Shown one piece after another: positions 57,319 to 64,000 of a stretch of 64,000 nucleotides of DNA; the stretch's first letter is position 1; the number at the start of each line of letters is the position of its first letter. The position numbers and the translations under genes are program-made. The DNA is from Pseudomonadota bacterium (GTDB lineage: Bacteria; Pseudomonadota; Alphaproteobacteria; Rhizobiales; Hyphomicrobiaceae), in assembly GCA_023387235.1 (NCBI GenBank), contig JAEWIJ010000205.1, positions 8,294 through 72,293 on the forward strand, in the 5' to 3' direction. Under the pieces are notes generated by a model. It did no database searches. It saw only the letters and a list, made by a program, of their open reading frames with translations, and had not been told where the DNA came from.

Positions 57319-59541
57319 ATGTACGGCCGCGCACCGCAACTCCCCGCTGATGATGAAGAGAGCATTGCTTCGCGCGTCGGAAGCACTGTGGATCTTCGCC
57401 AAATCGTTAGCTTTCTCTCTCGCCGCTGGACGTTCATTGCATCAACCGCGCTCGTCGTGCTGATGCTTGCGCTGATGGTCGTATTTGCGCTCACGCCCAG
57501 TTATACGGCGACTGCGGAAGTGTTACTCGAGCCGAAGAAGGAGAGCATCTTCGGGCGGGATAGTATGATCCCGGAGTTCAATCTGGATTCCGGAAATATC
57601 GAGAGCCAAGTTTCTGTCATTCAATCCATCGGGCTTTTGCGCCGTGTCGTTGACAAGCATAATCTGACATCGGATGCCGAATTTGGGAAGAAGCTCGACG
57701 AATCCTTGATTGTGGCGCTAACGCGGCTGGTCTTACCTACTCAGGGCATCCAATCCGACAGCGATGTATTTCTAGATCAGGTTCCACCCGATATCCTGCA
57801 AAGCATCGAGCGCCTCCGCCGGGTGTTGCGGGTAACCCGGGTCGGCAGGACTTATGTCATCGCTATATCTGTGACGTCGGAGGACCCAGCGAAGGCTATG
57901 GCCCTCGCAAATGCGATTGCAGACGCTTATGTAGTTGATCGCCTCGAGGCGCGCTACGATGCCGCAAGGCGTGCTTCCGGTTGGCTCGCGGAACGCATTG
58001 ACGGCCTTCGCGACCAGGTCAGACGATCCGAAGAGGCCGTTGCGAAGTTTCGACAGGAGAACAACCTCACCGTATCCAGTGAGGGTACGGTTGCCATCAA
58101 CGAGCAGCAACTTTCCGAACTTAATGCCAAGTTGATCGCGGCCCGATCAGATACTGCCGAGAAGCGCGCCAAGTATGAGCAGGCGCAACGCGTCAAAGAG
58201 GGCGGTGGCAATCTCCAGGCAATATCAGATGTTGTTCGATCAGCGGTGATATCGGAGTTACGGAAGCAGGAGGCTGATATAACACGCAGGGTTGCGGATC
58301 TTGCTGCTCGCTATTCCGATGCACATCCCACGGTCATCAATGCCCGAGCGGAACGGCGCGATGTTGAGCGCAATATTGCCGCCGAAGTGGCTCGTATTAT
58401 CACTAACCTCAAGAATGATTTCGATGTGGCATTGGCGCGTGAGAACTCGCTGCAGACATCACTGAATGCCCTTACAGGGCAGGGTGGCAGGGACGGCACT
58501 ATTGGCATTAAGTTACGGGAACTTGAGCGAATCGCCTCGGCAAATCGCACGCTGTTCGAAAGTTTTCTGGCACGAGCAAAAATCGCTCAGGAGCAGAGTT
58601 CCTTCGAGGAGCGTGAGGCGCGCGTGATTTCTCCCGCTGCGCGTCCTGTTAGTCCTTCATCCCCAAAGAGAGCTCTTATTCTCGCGATTGCCCTGGCGGT
58701 TGGTGCCAGCTTGGGGCTGGCCGGCGCGGTTGCGCTGGACATGCTCAACTCGGGCTTCTCGACACCCGAGGAGGTCGAAGCCACACTCGGCAGACCTGTG
58801 CTTTCTTCGATCCCCCTACTCTCGGAGCACGAGCGACGCATCGATGGGAGAGTACTAAATCCTGCTGACTTCATCCTCCAGAAGCCACTGTCACGATTTG
58901 CTGAGCAAGTGAGGGTGGTTCGCGTTGGCGTTCAGATGGCTGACGTAGACAATCCTGCACAAGTGGTGCTCATTACTTCATCAGTGCCAAAGGAGGGGAA
59001 ATCGACGCTTTCAGCTGGTCTCGCGCATTCTGCCGCCAAAGCTGGGCAACGTGTACTACTTGTCGATGGAGATCTGCGCCATCCGTCGATCAGCAGACAC
59101 TTCGGGGCCGATGCGCGCGCTGGGCTTGTGGATTGTTTGACAGGAGCCATTTCGCTGGAGGAGGCCGTTATTGCCGCAGGCCAAGTGGCCCTGTTGCCGG
59201 CGGGCTCCCATTCGCAGAATCCTGCCGATCTCCTTGGCTCAGAACGTATGAAGCAGTTGATCGCAGAACTTCGCGTCAACTATGACTATATCGTAATTGA
59301 TGCGCCACCGATTGGGCCAGTGGTTGATGCCAAGATAGTCCAATATCTTGCAGATAAGGTAGTTTATGTCGTGCGCTGGCAAACCACTCCTCGAGAGAGC
59401 GTTGTGCAATGCCTCAAAAAGCTCAATCCGGATCGGCGCCTTGCAGGAGTTGCGTTCAATCTGGTCGATGAAGGCAAGGCAGCGCTCTATGGGTCGTCTT
59501 CGTATTACTTGCTAAAGGAGTACCGACGCTATTATCGCTAG
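57319..59541 (+). CDS. polysaccharide co-polymerase with C-terminal tyrosine autokinase (Wzc/GumC/ExoP-like)
   Basis: Wzz-like N-terminus, a long coiled periplasmic region, a second TM, the P-loop SSVPKEGKST, DGDLRHPS, VIDAPP, and a Tyr-rich tail YGSSSYYLLKEYRRYYR. Confidence 0.88.
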   Translation: MYGRAPQLPADDEESIASRVGSTVDLRQIVSFLSRRWTFIASTALVVLMLALMVVFALTPSYTATAEVLLEPKKESIFGRDSMIPEFNLDSGNIESQVSVIQSIGLLRRVVDKHNLTSDAEFGKKLDESLIVALTRLVLPTQGIQSDSDVFLDQVPPDILQSIERLRRVLRVTRVGRTYVIAISVTSEDPAKAMALANAIADAYVVDRLEARYDAARRASGWLAERIDGLRDQVRRSEEAVAKFRQENNLTVSSEGTVAINEQQLSELNAKLIAARSDTAEKRAKYEQAQRVKEGGGNLQAISDVVRSAVISELRKQEADITRRVADLAARYSDAHPTVINARAERRDVERNIAAEVARIITNLKNDFDVALARENSLQTSLNALTGQGGRDGTIGIKLRELERIASANRTLFESFLARAKIAQEQSSFEEREARVISPAARPVSPSSPKRALILAIALAVGASLGLAGAVALDMLNSGFSTPEEVEATLGRPVLSSIPLLSEHERRIDGRVLNPADFILQKPLSRFAEQVRVVRVGVQMADVDNPAQVVLITSSVPKEGKSTLSAGLAHSAAKAGQRVLLVDGDLRHPSISRHFGADARAGLVDCLTGAISLEEAVIAAGQVALLPAGSHSQNPADLLGSERMKQLIAELRVNYDYIVIDAPPIGPVVDAKIVQYLADKVVYVVRWQTTPRESVVQCLKKLNPDRRLAGVAFNLVDEGKAALYGSSSYYLLKEYRRYYR

Positions 59542-59719
59542 AGATGCTAGGCTATGGCAGATGGATGCCAGGTTTGCGGCCGATGCCAGGCCTTGGATGA
59601 TTGCCCGAGCCGCATAGTCCCCTCTAAGCAATAACCAGCGCCAGCGCGTGTCGCGCCGTCGATCGTTAGGAAAATGTCACCTGCGGCCGGCGAGCAAAAG
59701 ATGCTGAGGAACAGTTGCG

Positions 59720-60565
59720 ATGGATTCGCTGTCGTCTCGCGTATTGGGAGCGTCTAAGGAGACATTTGGTCCAGTAGGGTTCCATTGCCTAGATACCAAT
59801 GGAGCCAACGCGCTAATACTCTCAGGTCCACGCCAAGGGTTCCGCTACGTCGTTACCCCAAATATCGATCATATTGTACGCTTGAACTCTAATGTGCAGC
59901 TGAGGCCGTTTTACGCCTCCGCTTGGATGAGTCTGAACGACAGCCGCCTGCTCCAGTTGCTAATGCGGCCTCTCGGCGTGCGATTGCCCCTCGCTCGAGG
60001 AAGCGACTTGGTGGAGCAACTGCTGCCGAGTATCGCGCAGTCAAATGGATCGGTTGCTATCGTAGGAAGTGATGAAGCCGTTATCGCTGTACTGAAGGCA
60101 TTCTATCCCGATCTTACTATCCAGCATTACAATCCAGCGATGGGGTTTTATGAGCACCCCGCACTTATTTCCGATTGCGTTGATTTTGTGAGGGCTGCGC
60201 AGGCTGACTATACGTTCTTTGCTGTGGGGTCTCCACAGCAGGAGATGCTTGCCTATCAATGCTTGCTTGATGGCCGCTGCCGTGGTGTTGGACTTTGCGT
60301 TGGTGCAGCGCTGCGAATGCTCACAGGGCATGAGATTCGGGCCCCGTGGCTTATAAGGGATGCTGGATTGGAGTGGCTGTTTCGTGTGGCACGAGATCCG
60401 AAGAGGCTTTGGCGTCGTTATTTCCTTCGCGATCCACAAGTCGTCATCCTCTTCGTCAAGGAAGCATGGCGTCGGATTCGTCTTGGTAGGTCTTCCGCCG
60501 AGTCCGGTGCTAAAGTGGCGACGGGACCATCAACTTCCTCCACTACGATCGAGCGAGATGGTTAG
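59720..60565 (+). CDS. WecB/TagA/CpsF-family (GT26) glycosyltransferase
   Basis: VTPNIDHIVRL..., FAVGSPQQEML..., GLEWLFRVARDPKRLWRRYF. Confidence 0.8.
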   Translation: MDSLSSRVLGASKETFGPVGFHCLDTNGANALILSGPRQGFRYVVTPNIDHIVRLNSNVQLRPFYASAWMSLNDSRLLQLLMRPLGVRLPLARGSDLVEQLLPSIAQSNGSVAIVGSDEAVIAVLKAFYPDLTIQHYNPAMGFYEHPALISDCVDFVRAAQADYTFFAVGSPQQEMLAYQCLLDGRCRGVGLCVGAALRMLTGHEIRAPWLIRDAGLEWLFRVARDPKRLWRRYFLRDPQVVILFVKEAWRRIRLGRSSAESGAKVATGPSTSSTTIERDG

Positions 60566-60583
60566 TGGACTCGTGATGTTGGG

Positions 60584-61948
60584 ATGCCATTCCGTACACC
60601 AGCGATACTTGTCCGTCGGCTTCCTCCGGTGACAGGCGGATCCCCGAATGCGTCGGTCAGCCGGGCGCCCGATGTTGACAGGTCCAATGTCTCACACACG
60701 GGCAGTCTCGCTCGCAACACCGTGTGGATGGCGATTGCGCTCTTGAGCCAGGCAGCTGGGCTTGGCCTTACAGTCTTCTTGCTTGGCTGGCTCGCTGGTC
60801 CGGAAGCGATTGGAACTTACAGTTTTGCAATGGCGTTGGTGGTTCCCGTCCTCACAACCTGCAATCTTGGTCTCCGCAGCCAGCTGCTTAGCGACATTGA
60901 CAGGTCCGTAGGGTATGCCGGCTACCGATTTGTGCGCGACTGCGGAAATCTCTCTGGCGCGCTAATTATCGTGCTGGTCGTATTTATCTGGAGGATGCCA
61001 AGTGAGATTGCTTGGGCTGTTGTTCTTTTGACAATTGCCAGAATTGCTGAGTTCTACGCGGATTTGTCCTGTGGATACTGGCAGCGCGAGGAAAAGCACT
61101 ATCTGATTGCGTTGTCGATCATTATACGCACGCTGATGAGCCTGGTCGGAATGCTCGCAGCGCTATTGTGGACTGGCACGACGATAGCTGGCCTCGCTGG
61201 CATTGCGGCGGGATCGGTGCTGAGCTACATCACGTTCGACCTTCCCGTCGTGCGCCGACATATGTCCAGGTCTGACCGCACTGTCCGATATCCAGCGTTG
61301 CATGATGTCCGCACCGTGCTCTGGAATGGGTTACCGCTTGCAACTAGCGCATTCGTGAACGGTGCTAACACGAGCGTGCCGCGTCTAGTGCTCGCGTCTG
61401 TGGTTGGGCTGACCGCCTTAGGGAAGCTGGCGGTCTACTTTTATGCCATTCAAGTTGTGCTTGTTGCAGTGCAAGCTTTGGGTCATGCGTTTGGGCCGCG
61501 GATGGCGAAATACTATGCCGCGAAGGACCGTGCGAGTTTTCGACACCTATGGGCCATTGCCGTCCTGATGGTGGTCGCTGGGACCATGGCGCTCACCATG
61601 GCTATGCATTTCTGGGGCGATGCTGTGATCGCGCTGACATTCGGGCCCCAGTTCTTATTGGACCCAGGGTTTGCTGGCGCGCTTGCGTTGGGGTGCATTC
61701 CAATGCTGGTCGCTGGCCTCTTAGGCTTCTTTCTCACCTCCGTACGAGCATTTTGGGTTCAATTGCCGCTTCAAGCCGTCGTGTTTGCAACTACCTGCGC
61801 GATGAGTGCTTGGCTGTTGCCAAGAATGGGGATTTCCGGCGTGCCTTGGGTGTGGGCTGCATCGGGCTTGGTAGCTGCACTGGGCATGATGGCAGCCATC
61901 GATTTTCGAGTACGAAAGCTGCTTCAAGCAAGAGCTGATGTGTCATGA
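60584..61948 (+). CDS. Wzx-type oligosaccharide flippase / polysaccharide biosynthesis protein
   Basis: About 12 TM segments, with an N-terminal LARNTVWMAIALLSQAAGLGLTVFLLGWL pattern typical of the family. Confidence 0.75.
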   Translation: MPFRTPAILVRRLPPVTGGSPNASVSRAPDVDRSNVSHTGSLARNTVWMAIALLSQAAGLGLTVFLLGWLAGPEAIGTYSFAMALVVPVLTTCNLGLRSQLLSDIDRSVGYAGYRFVRDCGNLSGALIIVLVVFIWRMPSEIAWAVVLLTIARIAEFYADLSCGYWQREEKHYLIALSIIIRTLMSLVGMLAALLWTGTTIAGLAGIAAGSVLSYITFDLPVVRRHMSRSDRTVRYPALHDVRTVLWNGLPLATSAFVNGANTSVPRLVLASVVGLTALGKLAVYFYAIQVVLVAVQALGHAFGPRMAKYYAAKDRASFRHLWAIAVLMVVAGTMALTMAMHFWGDAVIALTFGPQFLLDPGFAGALALGCIPMLVAGLLGFFLTSVRAFWVQLPLQAVVFATTCAMSAWLLPRMGISGVPWVWAASGLVAALGMMAAIDFRVRKLLQARADVS

Positions 61949-63120
61949 GAGTGCTGCACGTCATACGGAATTTAGAGTTAAGCGGCGTCCAAAAGTGGGT
62001 GTTAAATCTAGTTGAGACACCTCGTCCCACGGGCGTGACGATGGATGTTCTCGTGCTGCAGGAACCTGTGGACGAAGAGATCGCCGACGCCATCTCGCGC
62101 GCGGGCTGTAGGCTGCACACCTTCACCAGATATCACTCGGTAAGAAACTTCATATGGTTTGCATGGAGTGCAAAAAGGGCCGGACTTAAGTACGACATAC
62201 TGCACGCGCACGTCGATTATCTCGGTGGCGTGCTGTTGTGGATTGCCAAAATCATGGGAATTCCAGTCCGACTGCAGCATGCGCATATCATACTATCGCA
62301 TCCGCAGCTGGGCTTAACGCTGTTGAACTGGCGATGGTGGATTCTGGGCTTAATTCGCAGTCTGATTGCCACCAGTGCGACAGGCCGACTGGCGGTATCC
62401 ATATCGGCAGGCCGATCGATTTACGGAGCAGATTGGCCGAAGCGACCGGGTGATCAGGTTCTTCATCCGGCAATTCCAGCACCCGAGCTTCTTAGTCGGC
62501 GCGATCGCGTCGAACTGAGAAGCAGCATCGGCTTGCCGCAGAGCGCTATTGTTGTCGGTCACGTCTCCCGGCTCCGCCCGGTAAAGAACCAGCGACTGCT
62601 GCTTGAAGTCTTTCGAGCGTATCTCGATGTCGAGCCCAATGCGTGGTTGGTAGTTGTCGGTGATGGGCCAGATTACGCCAATCTGATAGGGCATTGCCGA
62701 TCGCTTGGACTAGAGAGCCGCGTGATCTGGCTTGGCCATAGGCACGATGCCATGACACTTCTGCAAATCTTCGACGTGTCACTACTCCCGTCAAATTCCG
62801 AGTCATTCTCGCTGGTGGCAGCCGAATGCCAAGCGGTGGGCGTACCTATTATTACCACGACGGGTACACCTCAAGGCCCGTTCCGAGCTCAAACAAGTTT
62901 CTACGCCCGGCTTGAACCAGATGCCGGCCTGAACACTTGGATTGAAACAATTCGCGCAGCTCTGGCACTTCCCGAGGATCGTCAACGTGCACGGACCTTG
63001 TTCGCGGCGAGCGATTTAGAGATCGCCAAAAATCACGCGCAACTCCTGTCACTATATGCGCTTTCGCTCGATAGCCTGAGTAGAGACGCGGGAGAGGGTT
63101 CTGTAAAGGCCTCAAGATGA
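61945..63120 (+). CDS. family 4 (GT-B) glycosyltransferase
   Basis: MRVLHVIRNLELSGVQKWVLNL..., GHVSRLRPVKNQ..., SNSESFSLVAAECQAVGVPII (EX7E). It overlaps the flippase stop by 4 nt. Confidence 0.82.
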   Translation: MRVLHVIRNLELSGVQKWVLNLVETPRPTGVTMDVLVLQEPVDEEIADAISRAGCRLHTFTRYHSVRNFIWFAWSAKRAGLKYDILHAHVDYLGGVLLWIAKIMGIPVRLQHAHIILSHPQLGLTLLNWRWWILGLIRSLIATSATGRLAVSISAGRSIYGADWPKRPGDQVLHPAIPAPELLSRRDRVELRSSIGLPQSAIVVGHVSRLRPVKNQRLLLEVFRAYLDVEPNAWLVVVGDGPDYANLIGHCRSLGLESRVIWLGHRHDAMTLLQIFDVSLLPSNSESFSLVAAECQAVGVPIITTTGTPQGPFRAQTSFYARLEPDAGLNTWIETIRAALALPEDRQRARTLFAASDLEIAKNHAQLLSLYALSLDSLSRDAGEGSVKASR

Positions 63121-64000
63121 CACGCGTTGTGGCTCTTTGCTTTTTGATTTTTGTCTGCCTGGCGTTTGTTGGGACGAGTCCGCTGTTGGAGCTATCAGAT
63201 CCCACGTTAGAGGAGTCCGGGACGGGAGACATTATTCGGCAGGTTGCGTTTTTGTGTCTGACGTCCATCGTGACTATACCGCTGCTATTTAAAGGATCTC
63301 TGCGTCTATACGAGATGTTCACGCCGTCAATCCTGCTTGTGCTCACGTGGTGCCTCATATCGATTGCTTGGTCCCCGGTGCCGGATATTGCCTTGAGACG
63401 GTTCGTACTCACGGCGGTGGCAATATTGTGCATGTTTGGCGCTACGGTTTGGCTCGGGCACAGGGCGCTCAAGCTCTTCGCTATGGCCCTGTTGGCGCTT
63501 GTCCTGCTCAGTATAGTGGCGGGTGCCCTGATACCAGGTGCGCGCCATCAGGCCTGGGTCGGGCAGGATCCCGGCCTGATCGGCGCATGGAGAGGATTGT
63601 TTCCGCATAAGAACACAGCAGGCCCATGCTCGGCCTTACTCGTTATCTTGAGCGTGTTTATGATTGTCATCGAGAGGAGGAAGATTTGGTTCTTGGGTGT
63701 CTTTGCGGGCCTGTGTTTGCTTTACGCCTCGGGATCGAAAACGGCTCTTGGGCTTCTAGTTCCGGCACTGGTGGTGGGATTGTTGTTTCCATACTTTCTG
63801 CGATACAGGAACGGCCGCCGAATTTATATTGGGTTCTGCCTGTCTGTTTTGTGGGGCGTCTTGTTGGCGGGAGTCGCGTTTCAGGATCAATTGGCAGGCC
63901 TCTTGGTTGATCCTGATGCGTTCACTGGCCGCACGCAAATCTGGAACGTGCTGATGGAAGCGGTAGCGGATCGGCCTTGGATCGGGTTTGGCTTTGGGAG
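63117..64000 (+). CDS. second O-antigen ligase / Wzy-family membrane protein (partial, runs off the window)
   Basis: Not in the track because there is no stop. The ATG at 63117 overlaps the previous stop (ATGA). My translation reads MTRVVALCFLIFVCLAFVG...YASGSKTALGLLVPAL...FTGRTQIWNVLMEAVADRPWIGFGFG. Confidence 0.75.
   Translation, partial: MTRVVALCFLIFVCLAFVGTSPLLELSDPTLEESGTGDIIRQVAFLCLTSIVTIPLLFKGSLRLYEMFTPSILLVLTWCLISIAWSPVPDIALRRFVLTAVAILCMFGATVWLGHRALKLFAMALLALVLLSIVAGALIPGARHQAWVGQDPGLIGAWRGLFPHKNTAGPCSALLVILSVFMIVIERRKIWFLGVFAGLCLLYASGSKTALGLLVPALVVGLLFPYFLRYRNGRRIYIGFCLSVLWGVLLAGVAFQDQLAGLLVDPDAFTGRTQIWNVLMEAVADRPWIGFGFG

Overview
High-GC (about 65% by spot counts) chromosomal segment of alphaproteobacterial (Hyphomicrobiales-like) character, judged from HWE/HisKA_2 kinases, PRC-barrel proteins, opgGH and GGAAC-N16-CGTT promoters. 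Positions 1-36.3 kb look core-like. They hold a sensor kinase with two response regulators and a 9-kb signalling operon (orphan protein, two paralogous 3-TM miniproteins, a 2085-aa TM-less poly-HAMP hybrid kinase, a REC-PAS-HWE-REC kinase). They also hold opgGH, an MFS/ABC exporter pair, a GT4 plus amylo-alpha-1,6-glucosidase pair, a Liv-type ABC importer with a LivM-LivG-LivF triple fusion, and an IclR/cupin/TPP-enzyme/SDR cluster. At 36,345 a 50-nt tRNA 3' remnant, AT-rich DNA and a P4-type integrase open a lower-GC (about 47-63% by spot counts) accessory stretch that runs to the window end. This stretch contains an orphan membrane protein, 1.1 kb without convincing coding signal and a Pot-like ABC/IclR/amidohydrolase cassette bracketed by a 34-nt repeated motif. 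It also contains a frameshifted TPR pseudogene abutting an integrase remnant, two paralogous miniproteins and a Wzx/Wzy-type exopolysaccharide locus. I saw no rRNA, intact tRNA, CRISPR array or transposase. The best candidates for something undescribed are the miniprotein plus poly-HAMP plus HWE operon with its own general-stress-type promoter, the motif-bracketed cassette, and the LLYLFP miniprotein pair. All family names come from reading the translations by eye; no database search was run.
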